Shown here: positions 52,921-64,000 of the stretch, in pieces
Layout: every line of letters begins with the position of its first letter
Position numbering within the stretch: the stretch's first letter is position 1
Assembly: GCF_001194135.2 (NCBI RefSeq)
Contig: NC_068986.1
Coordinates: 114,704,563 to 114,768,562 of the forward strand
Reading direction: 5' to 3'
Origin: Octopus bimaculoides
Lineage: Eukaryota
Length of the DNA: 64,000 nt
Made by a program: the position numbers and the translations under genes
The notes under the pieces: generated by a model
What the model was told of the DNA's origin: nothing
What the model saw: only the letters and a program-made list of their open reading frames with translations
Database searches by the model: none

Positions 52921-54134
52921 AAAATATATCGAAGACTTGGGTGTTTATTTTTTTTCATTAAAAAATTTTTTTTTATCTCTGTGTGTATGTGAGTGTGAGA
53001 GAACACATCAATCACTGCCTGTTTGCTTTCTGCCATTGGTTTTTGTCAGTTTTGTTTAGATAATATTCACCAGAGTCCTTGCTTTCAGAATTGTTTCTTT
53101 TGTCAACAGTATCAACCCTCTCAGTAGCTCTTCTGTTCCACTTGTTATCCCCCTTTTAGTTTTAAATTTCAGTTTGTTTAGATGTTTACAAAATTATTAA
53201 AACATAATTTTTACTGGGTACAGTTTTTGTCATTTGGAGTGGAGGCAAAGTTACAGGCCACTGCTAAGTACTACAGCTATGCAGTCAACTGGTAAAATAA
53301 TCAAATAAGACATTGGATCGCAAATATCTTTCAGTATTTATATCTTTGTTACATAACACATGATCATTATCATCAAGTGTAGTATTCCTGGATAGATACT
53401 GGATTTGAACTCTCTTCCTTGCACTATCAAGTTGACCTATGAGCCTTGGTGACTTTCTTGACCTGTGCTGTATACTTTTCATAGAATATTGGAACTAAAT
53501 TCTCATTGCCTTTCCTACAACTGTTCTTTTTTTGTTTTTTGCAAGATAGCCATCTTGTTGACTGTGGCCAGTTTTGAAAGGCACAGAAGGAGAATCAATA
53601 CTAGTATTTGACTGTTGTCTTATTATCTCTTGTAAAAATGAAAAGCTAAGTTGATCTCAGTGAAATTTGAATGACATTGGCAGGATTTGAACTCAGAACA
53701 CAATCACAAATATTGTGCTGCTCTACCAATTCTTGTCTGTGAGTGTGTCTTTGACTTGCTAGTGTCATAACATTATTTGTAGCTTTACATAAGAGATGCT
53801 ATGCCAGTCAGCTTAGCTGTATGATAAATACCACCGTTTTTTAAGTAAGACTCTCTTCTCATTACTTGACCCTTAACAACAACAGTTTCCATTTGATACA
53901 TCTCACTTGAATAAAAATTAAAACATTGAACTTATGTGATGGTATAAGATACTCAGGTGCACCATAATTTCAGTTTCAATATTCAAGAAAAAATAGTTTT
54001 TCATGCATTAAAATTAATGGAAGACCCAACTTCATATATAGGATTTGGGGTAATTTTTTTTCTTCTTTTTGAGATGCATTTGTTTTGAAAAACATTTTAT
54101 ATACCATCAAATACATTGTGGATATGTATATATA

Positions 54135-54180
<46 letters not shown>

Positions 54181-55419
54181 CGAAATAAAAATGGTAATTA
54201 AAATGTTTCACAAACTGTAGGAGGAAATGTATAGACTTACAGATTTAGTGTTTTAACAATTTTTCCCCCAGTGTTTGAGTGGGAGTTAACACCCCCTCCC
54301 CACTTCACAAACACAAACTCTCAGTTTTCTTCTCTCTCTTTCTCTCTTCTGGATTGTAAAGAGTGTCAAATTAAATGCCTAGCAATATAGCAATATTTAA
54401 GTCATATCCTTTGACTTCCTGGTTGCAACTTATTAAGATCAACTTCATTCCATTGCTTGAGTGGCTAAAATAAGTACCAGTAATATGCTGGTTGAGTTAA
54501 TTGAAACTACATCTTGCCCTTCTAAATGTGTATCATAGCAGTAAAGTTAGAAATCATTATCATTATTGGATAGCAAACTGGCAGACTAAAAGCTAATGAG
54601 CATTTCATCTGGTTCTTTTCATACTGAGTTCAAATCCTGCTGAGGTCTACTTTGGCCTTCATCCTTTTGGGGTCAATGAAGTAAAACTACCAGTCAAGTA
54701 CTACTGGTCAATGTAATCAACTTTGCTCTCTTCCCCTAAAATTGATGGCCTTTTGCTACAAATTTTGAAATTGTTATTTTCAAAGCGTAGTGGTTTTCAG
54801 AATTGGTAGGGTGGTAAACAGAATTCCTTGCAGTATTTAGTTTTTGTTCTTTTTATTATTCAGAGTTCAAATCCCATCAACATCACTTTTACCTTTTAGC
54901 CTTCAAGGTTTAATGAAAATTAATTACAGCCAAGTGTGAGCAGCTCTCCTATAAATGTGTGACCCTGAGCCTCTGTTAGAAGTCAATTGGCAGAACTTGT
55001 AGGGGTTTGTCATGGTTAGTTTCATTTGAAGTCAGCTTTGCCTTTTATCCTTCATTAATATAACACTGATGAGGACTGGGTCTATTTAATTATATGCTGC
55101 TCTGCAAGACCAGTGATAGGGTGGCTACGAGTTAATATTAAACCAGACAATGGATTAAGCCTTGAGAACAAGTACAGTCATTCAAATGGGCTTCTATTTG
55201 TGGCCCTTCAGACAATGTTAGGAATAGTTATTCAGTCAAGTGTGGAAATCAATGATATAATAATCTATCTTTCCCTCCTGTCAACTCCTTGTACCTAATC
55301 TAGAAGGTATTATAATATGAAGATAAAGCTGATTTTGAGTTAATTAAATGCAGTGAAGGTCAGTGTTATTCTTCATTGTAAGGTAGATGATATTCAGTAA
55401 AAGTCAAATACAGAAATTC

Positions 55420-56080
55420 ATCTTCTGACATTTCTAATACAAAATCAACTGAAATCACCTGGTTTTGTGATATAAAACTTTTTTTTTTTTTTGGAAGTGT
55501 CCATCTTAAATTTTTGGTAGAAATTTTAGTTATGTTCCAAACAACAGATTACTCATAAACATAATTATTTTACTAATTTCTTCCAAATTCTTGATTGCTT
55601 TCAAAATTAATTGAAACACAAGTGTATTGTTGTTGGCACTTCGTTGCTTACGATATCAAGGGTTCCAGTTGATCCGATCAACGGAACAGCCTGCTCGTGA
55701 AATTAACGTGCAAGTGGCTGAGCACTCCACAGACACGTGTACCCTTAATGTAGTTTTCGGGGATATTCAGCGTGACACAGTGTGACAAGGCTGACCCTTT
55801 GAATTACAGGCACAAACACAAGTGTATTTTCTAATAAATACAATCACAAAATGTTTATTCTCTTTTGTCTCCATATTTCTGTTTAAAAACACTGTCCTTG
55901 TTTCAATTAATCTTGAAAATAACGAAGAATTAGTTAAGTAACTTTGTTATTAAGCTGATGTTCAGAATATAAATGAATGACATTTTGTTTGGAAGTTTTT
56001 AGATCATTTGAGAAAAAGGAAATTTTTACCATAGAAACAAAAGAAATTCTTAGGGCAGGTTAATATCAAACGAGCTAATC
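55420..56080. mobile_element. Two oppositely oriented piggyBac-like MITE remnants
   Basis: TTTCAAAATTAATTGAAACA (about 55600-55619) matches the reverse complement of TGTTTCAATTAATCTTGAAA (about 55899-55918) at 19/20. Looser complementarity continues outward. Confidence 0.55.
55629..55813 (-). mobile_element. 5'-truncated SINE with a perfect 15-bp target-site duplication
   Basis: AAACACAAGTGTATT at 55614-55628 and 55814-55828. Several CpGs are retained. Confidence 0.9.
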
Positions 56081-56634
56081 AACTATAAATCTAACAGCCA
56101 AATCTGAGGCCTTTTACCTGTGTTACAAAAAGTTGAGATTTGAAGAACCATAAGACTTACACAAAATGCTTTGGGGTATTTAGCTACAGCTTTTTATGTT
56201 CTGAGTTCAAATCCTGCTTAGGCTGGTTTCACTTTTCACCCTTTCCCCCCGATCAATAAACTAAGTCAGATATAATTTACTGTTTCTCTTCCCCACAAAG
56301 CTTTGAGCCCTTTCTGCTTTAGTTAGAAATCATTATTCTTATTAGTTATTTTAGAGTAATAAATTTTTCACATTTAAATTATTCCTATCTTCTTTAATAT
56401 AATTAAGTTAATTTACAGTTTATTTATATTTTTTTAACTTTTTGCCTCTTATAATAATTCATATTGCTTTCATAATTTTTCAATTGCAAGAATTTAAAAT
56501 TCCAATTACATTTTGGTTAATTTTCAAGATATATGTGTGAAGAATGAAATTAATTTAATGATTAAGAAAAGAAATGATCAAAATGGAATTTTAACCCCAT
56601 TTTCTACAAATGTTTGAACTGGCTTTGCATGTAA

Positions 56635-56672
<38 letters not shown>

Positions 56673-57058
56673 TTTTCTTGTTACATTCTGCACCCACCTC
56701 TACCTTTTTTCTTCCTTGCTTGGTTCTAGTCAAACTGTCTGATGTTAGTATTTGTTGTAGTTGCAATTATTGTTGTTGTAGTATTTGATAGTAGATTAGT
56801 TTTTTAATTTTTGATTTTTTTTTTCTTTTGCTTTTACATACGTGCTTTGTTGTTGTATTTTTTCCTTCTGGGATTTTTTAAATATTTTTTTTAATTTTGA
56901 CTTTATTTCTATTTTTGAAACATTTTGACTTCCATGGGGCATCTGTTATTATTATTATTATTATTATTATTTATTATTATTATTATTATTATTATTGTTC
57001 AGATGCATCTTTGAAAGACAGGCATGTCTGTTTCACACTTTTTATTGTNNNNNNNNNN

Positions 57059-57110
<52 letters not shown>

Positions 57111-57770
57111 TATGTGCATGTGTATTTGTCAAGTGTGCATGTGCAAATATTGGTGTCCCCGTATGACTATGGCTGAATAGCTGAAACCACTTAGATGGTG
57201 TATATTTGTATAAGTGCATATATATTGTGTGTGCGTGTTTATTTATGTATACGTATGTCAATCTCATCATTTTAAGCTTTTTTCCATCCCTGAAAGAAGT
57301 CAACATGATTTGCACTTAAACAGAGACAAACTTGCTAACTTTCAGTTTCATATGCCTTAGTGTAGAGATTGAGCTTTGCAAAGACAACTGCAAAGCCCCC
57401 ACCCCCACTCTCTACTCTTTATCAAGTGTTGTTCTTAATTACTCCCATCCAAAACCTGCAACCTCTGATCTGATTGATGCTCATTGTCTCACTCACACAT
57501 TCCCTATTGTATTTTATGACTGAAGGTCCAGTGCAACACCATCGACTTTATAGTTTTTACTGGGTATGTTTTGTCATGCCACCCACATGAGAAGTTGTGC
57601 CATTCAAAGAGAAGAGAGTCCACTCTCTCCTATATCAGTTTTCGTTTGACCCTTTATTATTTAAACTGACCCCACATGAGGCACAAATATTCTTCTATTT
57701 GTTTAATGTTCAATGTGGTCACATTCAGCCTCTCGTATCTGCTTTACAATGCCATTCTTATTTCTTTATT

Positions 57771-57903
57771 GCCCACAAGGGGCTAAACAGAGAGGGGACA
57801 AACACGGACAGACAAAGGGATTCACTCGATTATATCGACCCCAGTGCATAACTGGTACTTATTTAATCGACCCTGAAAGGATGAAAGGCTAAGTCGACCT
57901 CGG
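57771..57903 (-). mobile_element. Antisense SINE fragment carrying the Deu/Nin-like domain
   Basis: ACTGGTACTTATTTAATCGACCCTGAAAGGATGAAAGGCTAAGTCGACCTCGG is the reverse complement of the family core. Confidence 0.8.
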
Positions 57904-58223
57904 TTTTGGTTGTCTTGCTTATGTAGTTGAACAATGATGATGATGACATATATGTATATACATTTGTAAGTATGTGTGTGTGTGTGTGTGTGTGTATGTA
58001 TATGTGCATTAAATAAATATATATATAATATACATGTACTATTTATGTGCATTTCAGTTAAATTTCTTTTCCATATCCCTCTCCTCTCTGCTCCAAATAT
58101 TTTTGTTTTATATTTTCTGTGTTACTCCACACACAGATCTTCCATTTACACACCATTATAGTTTAGACACCTGGAAATTTTTGGCTTCTTTTTGGTTTGT
58201 TTCCCTCCCGTTTTGTGTGTATG

Positions 58224-58280
<57 letters not shown>

Positions 58281-58484
58281 ATATATAATATTGACACCAT
58301 GTGTGAATAAGACACAAACACACATTCCATCATGTGTATTTGTGTCTGTCCACTTCTCTTTCTGTCTATGTGTGTGTGTGTGTGTGTATAAAATCTTACA
58401 TTCTGCTGTGAAATATCTAATTTTGAATTTAAGAGATGCCATAACCTAATATTTTCTAACCATGAACCCCTATTCATTGATTGT

Positions 58485-58519
<35 letters not shown>

Positions 58520-59412
58520 TGTTTAAAATTTGGTTATTCCATTTAGATTCCAATTATGGTCCCTGTCATTTTTATTGTCATTGCTTTCAATAAATTCATT
58601 GGTTATAAAGTCAATGAAAGAGCTTGTGATCACTTGACTTGCTAGAAATAGCTGTCATCTTAAATCATACTCCACTGTCATAGAAAAATTATCAACATGT
58701 TGTATAATGCAGTCCTTGATATACAAAAAGGCAGTGAGGTTGTGGTTTATGTGTGTTTTGTCATAGATCTGCCTGATGAAAGTTGACTTGTGACATCAGA
58801 ACTACTAAACAGACGTTATTTACCACTGAAACTCACATTAATAAAATATTCCTGTTGTGTTTTTAATCCTTTCATGGTACACTAACTTATAATGTACCAG
58901 TTATGTTCTGGTGTTGATTGGGGTTTCTCAAAGCAAAGGCAACAGCTGCTGACTTAACTAATGGTTCTTCCATATTAAAGTATAGATGAGACTAAAAGGC
59001 CAGGAACTGCAGCGATTTTGTGAGGAATGGTGATCCCCAGATGTTATTAGCTTTCGAAGACGTAATAGGTGGAGTTGTGCCACACACTTTCTATAAATAA
59101 CAGAATATCTGATCTGTCGATCATCTTGCCAAAAACTTCCTTCTGTGTTACACTTGTTACACGTATTTTGTGTTGTCATTGTTAGCTACATGTATGAACT
59201 GTGGGTACTTTTTCCATTTAGATACAGACAACCTATGATCTCTATATACTGAAAAATCATTATACCTTTGATCAGTAAATTTTTCTTTGATCAAGAATGA
59301 GAACACTTGGCTAGTTTCCTAATTTTCTACTGCTGAATATTTGTTTTATCTTTCTAGTCATTAGTAATGTAAGTGTATTAGTTCTTTTTCACAGCAGAAG
59401 TAGTGTGTATAT

Positions 59413-59495
<83 letters not shown>

Positions 59496-60181
59496 CATGG
59501 AACCTGGTGCAGCCTTCTGGGTTGCCAGTCCTCGTTCAAACCATCCATCCCCATGCCAGCATGGAAAGCAGACGTTAAACCATGATGATGATGGCGTGCA
59601 TGTTTATATATGTGTCCTTGTTTGTAGAAACAGGTAGAGAAAAGCAAGTGTTCTGCTGAGTGACAATGATACGTTGGAGACATGAGTTTGGAAGAGAGGT
59701 TGATATACTGAGTAGAGGACTGATGCTTCATCTGAGGGAGAGAATATCATTTCTTGAACTGATCATATAGAAATGTGTGTGTGTCTGTGTGTGTGTAGGT
59801 TTCTGTACATATATATATGCATGCACAACTATAAAGATGTGTGTGTATATGTACACAGTACCTTACAACCATTGACATAATCTAGTGTTTATGGCATTGA
59901 AATTATCCTCTTGGGACACTTGTATATACTGTGTACCATTTGTTCCACAAAAGTCTGTTGTACAACAGTTAGTACCTGACACTGAAGCCATTTCTCTCTC
60001 TCATGTACACACATGAACATCTGTGTTCACACACACACACACACACACACACACATGCACACACACTCTTATCAGATTCACTGAAGTATCACATATATTA
60101 ATCAAAAGTAACATACACAGAAAAATATATATTGATACATGCAAACATAGATATATAAGCATACATGTATGCTTATATTTC

Positions 60182-60207
60182 CATTGGCAATTCATGAATT
60201 GCCAATG
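60182..60207. repeat. Perfect 26-bp palindrome CATTGGCAATTCATGAATTGCCAATG
   Basis: Self reverse-complementary. The ORF track shows HWQFMNCQ on both strands here. Confidence 0.95.
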
Positions 60208-60524
60208 CTCCATCATGGCCTTAGACTTGGTAGCTCCAATGAACTAAAGCGCACATATACACATGTGGCCTACATATACTTACCTAAATATACAGGTGCA
60301 CACACACACACACACACACACATACATCAACCAGTGCTCTCCATCAAAATGAAAACTAATGTTTAATTCACAAAACAATATTTCCTGACAAATGATTATT
60401 TTGCAAAAACACATCTGGTTTGTTGATAAAAAAAAATGATGTTAATGGTAATAATAATGATCATGATAATTTTAAAGAAAACAACAATAACACTGATGAT
60501 GATGATGATGATAATAATATTGAT

Positions 60525-60566
<42 letters not shown>

Positions 60567-61321
60567 CTACAATCATATTATATATAAAACGAAAGCCTGA
60601 TTCCTTTATTTAATGGTATCATTTTGTCGTACTTGCTGTATTGGCAGGTTTCTCTAGTTTCGGCTATCTGCCAACCCCTNNNNNNNNNNNNNNNNNNNNN
60701 NNNNNNNNNNNNNNNNNNNNNNNNNNNNNNNNNNNNNNNNNNNNNNNNNNNNNNNNNNNNNNNNNNNNNNNNNNNNNNNNNNNNNNNNNNNNNNNNNNNN
60801 NNNNNNNNNNNNNNNNNNNNNNNNNNNNNNNNNNNNNNNNNNNNNNNNNNNNNNNNNNNNNNNNNNNNNNNNNNNNNNNNNNNNNNNNNNNNNNNNNNNN
60901 NNNNNNNNNNNNNNNNNNNNNNNNNNNNNNNNNNNNNNNNNNNNNNNNNNNNNNNNNNNNNNNNNNNNNNNNNNNNNNNNNNNNNNNNNNNNNNNNNNNN
61001 NNNNNNNNNNNNNNNNNNNNNNNNNNNNNNNNNNNNNNNNNNNNNNNNNNNNNNNNNNNNNNNNNNNNNNNNNNNNNNNNNNNNNNNNNNNNNNNNNNNN
61101 NNNNNNNNNNNNNNNNNNNNNNNNNNNNNNNNNNNNNNNNNNNNNNNNNNNNNNNNNNNNNNNNNNNNNNNNNNNNNNNNNNNNNNNNNNNNNNNNNNNN
61201 NNNNNNNNNNNNNNNNNNNNNNNNNNNNNNNNNNNNNNNNNNNNNNNNNNNNNNNNNNNNNNNNNNNNNNNNNNNNNNNNNNNNNNNNNNNNNNNNNNNN
61301 NNNNNNNNNNNNNNNNNNNNN

Positions 61322-61364
<43 letters not shown>

Positions 61365-62670
61365 TCATATATATACAAGCATGGAAAAACAGACATTAAA
61401 CAAATGAATGTTCATATACACACATTCACACACACATTCAAATACACATACGGATGTATGTACATATATACGTGCATATGTGTATATATTAATGTACTCT
61501 GATGTATTAAGTACTCATTCTTTATTCTACAGCTTACAAACAGACATATGCACATGGATGTACATTTATACATTTGCAATTCACACACATACATTTTTGT
61601 CATGTGGTAGGCAAAACTGGATGAAATATCCAAAGATTTAAAGTTACATGCAACCAAACTTATGCTCAAATGTATCAAATTTTCTTTCAGTCTGCTGATG
61701 ACTGTTGTCATGCATGAAACCCTCAACTAATGTTCTGTTGTCCTCTTTACCATATATGTAACAAATATGTATTTCACTCTACACAGGTCTAACACAATCT
61801 GTGTCAAACACTTATTTTTGAACCACAAAATAAATGATGTAAATGTAATACGTGTATGTATGTATGTATATATGTGTGCGTATATAGAGGGTGACATTTT
61901 ATTCATGCATATTTAGTTTCCATTTTTGTTTTTAAAGTTATTTTTATTTATATTTACTGATATATGTTTTTACCTTATTTTTCTTTTGCATAAGATTTAG
62001 AGATTTGATGCATGCACCCTTTCCCAGAAAAGAAAAAAAAATAATAGAGATAATTCTTAAAATAGTTGCTTATGTGTTGAGGATACCAAATTCTGGTTTC
62101 CTGCTGAACAAATTCTAGAGAGTATTTATGACCACCATTAAACACCTTATCTCTAGTACTGGCACTACCAAACAAAACAATTTCAGTGAATAAATCAGGA
62201 AATTTTCCCCTACTTATTTTAAGATCAAAAATAATTAAAGACCAATGAATTGCCTACACTTCTGCAGGCACAAGCAAATCCAGCAACCGAAGCCAGTGAA
62301 AAAAAGGAATGTACATAAATAGCTTCCACTGCTTCTATCTGCTCTTTTGGCTGTTTTGCCAGTTTGTGAAAAGTGTAGAGATGCTGTAAAACCACATACT
62401 TCTCAACTGTTGTACAATAATTTTCATTGCCTGATTAGTATTTTAATTTACTCTGAAATAAAGCGAAACTGCTAACATTTAATGACCCTTTTCTCTGGTT
62501 TATATTATGGCAGCTTGTTTAAAGCCTGTTCTTTGCTATGGGTTGAGTTATCTCAATTATATTTAGTTGCGAACCACTTAAATAGATTGACTTAAAAATC
62601 AGTTTAGTTCTTAAGTCTATATAGTTAAATATTATAATTTTGTGTATTGGTGATAAAATATTATCATATA

Positions 62671-63048
62671 GGCGCAGGAGTGGCTGTGTGGTAAGTAGCT
62701 TGCTTACCAACCACATGGTTCCGGGTTCATTCCCACTGTGTGGCACCTTGGGCAAGTGTCTTCTGCTGTAGCCTCAGGCCGACCAAAGCCTTGTAAGTGG
62801 ATTTGGTAGAAGGAAACTGAAAGAAGCCTGCTGTATATATGTATATGTGTGTCTGTGTTTGTCCCCCCAACATAGCTTGACAACCGATGGTGGTGTGTTT
62901 ATGTCCCTGTAACTTAGCGCTTCGGCAAAAGAGACAGATAGAATAAGTACTAGGCTTACGAAGAATAAGTCCTGGGGTTGATTTGCTCGACTAAAGGCAG
63001 TGCTCGAGCATGGCCGCAGTCAAATGACTGAAACAAGTAAAAGAGTAA
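62671..63048 (+). mobile_element. Full-length tRNA-derived CORE-type SINE (octopus OR2-like)
   Basis: A box TGGCTGTGTGG, B box GGTTCATTCC and CORE-like CACCTTGGGCAAGTGTCTTCT. Partial copies at about 6075, 34480, 40270 and 47245. Confidence 0.8.
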
Positions 63049-64000
63049 GTGTATATATAAAAATTTTCTTTTAAATTGTCCAGAAAAATAAAACCAAGTG
63101 TTAGATCTGTAATGATGATGAGGATAATAATAATAATATTAATAATATTAATAATAATTTGCATGCTTTTTTATGTTTTATAAAATTTGTATGCACACTC
63201 TTTTCTGTGTTTTAGCCATCTGGTATCTGGCCATACTTGCTGCCTTGCTATTTTATTAGATATATCATTACTGTTATTTTATCATTTAATTAACCCTTAA
63301 TTGGGCCATAATATGTGTATGAAGCAAAGTCTGTGAATTTGGAATAATTAGGCAAAGAATAAAGCCTCTTGTCTCTGATTTTGTATAATCTAAAATCATT
63401 AGAAAATTATACTTTTATCATTTTAATAATAATAATAATTATTATTATTATTATTATGAGGGTGAATTGGTAACATATATTATTGTTAGTGAACTGACAG
63501 TCTTTAGAGTGCCAGGCAAATGTTTTGTGGCATTTGTCCTAGCTCTTTACATTCTGATTTCAAAGTTTACCAAGGTCAACTTTGCTTCCATCCTTATTGG
63601 GGTTGATAAAATAAAGTACTGTCAGGAATTGGCATCAATGTCATCAACTAACTCTTCCACTCAAAATTGCCAGCCTTGTGTCTAAATAAGAATGCAGTGG
63701 CTTAATCTTAGCTCTCACTCCTTCCATGTAGGTTTTTCTCCAACTCAGTATAACCATAGTTATGTAGTAAAAGCTTGGTTTACTGTTCTGAGTCCATATT
63801 TCTTACAAACTAAACCACTGTTGTGTTTATTTCTTTTTATTTGATATGGTAATTTGTAAATGAAAATCTTGAAAGGTTATAGATTTCTGATGAACCAACC
63901 ACTGATTCATTGTATTTCTAATGGGAAGAGTCAGTAACTTGATACAGAACAAATATATCAAGGGACTTTGTAAAGCATTACTTTTTCTTTTATTACTGAC

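Larger units (their letters stand above)
9143..61321. other. Assembly gaps: 9143-9436, 18291-18713, 25706-26047, 38510-38707, 49728-50243, 51824-52226, 60680-61321, plus several 10-N gaps
   Basis: Runs of N in the sequence. Confidence 1.

Noticed and set aside
57373-57396. 8-bp hairpin GCTTTGCA-N8-TGCAAAGC
   Set aside because: Expected by chance in 64 kb.
58958-59179. Minus-strand ORF with a CxxC motif
   Set aside because: No further zinc-finger or retroelement motif recognised.
1430-61726. Many ORF-track entries with IYIY, CVCV, THTH, LSLS, IIII or X runs
   Set aside because: These are translations of microsatellites and N gaps, not genes.
62671-62740. tRNA-like A and B boxes
   Set aside because: No cloverleaf; it is the head of a SINE, as are the other GTTCAAAT motifs in the window.
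1-64000. CRISPR arrays, operons or other prokaryotic systems
   Set aside because: No regularly spaced direct repeats with unique spacers and no dense ORFs; the sequence is metazoan intronic DNA.

Overview
Eukaryotic, AT-rich, microsatellite- and SINE-dense DNA from a gapped assembly. The repeat content looks like an octopus genome (inferred from repeat families, not verified). The window lies in the 3' half of a + strand Musashi-family (MSI/Rbp6-like) RNA-binding protein gene. Four coding exons are well supported: 7425-7507, 11127-11214, 19536-19595 and 26533-26613. They encode the end of RRM2 and the Tyr/Gly/Pro-rich segment after it, and they splice in frame through GT-AG introns. Almost all entries in the ORF track are microsatellite, gap or repeat artefacts. 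The introns carry a degenerate mariner element, R4/Dong-like, RTE and RTE-BovB-like LINE fragments, several SINE families, MITEs and a decayed hammerhead ribozyme motif. The most interesting hypothesis is a Musashi autoregulatory splicing module: a candidate microexon and alternative last exon at about 32.8-33.1 kb are followed by a strand-biased array of about 25 UAG motifs, 16 of them full Musashi-binding elements. No CRISPR, rRNA or functional tRNA genes were seen. Downstream exon calls are sequence-only predictions, and further exons could lie in N gaps.
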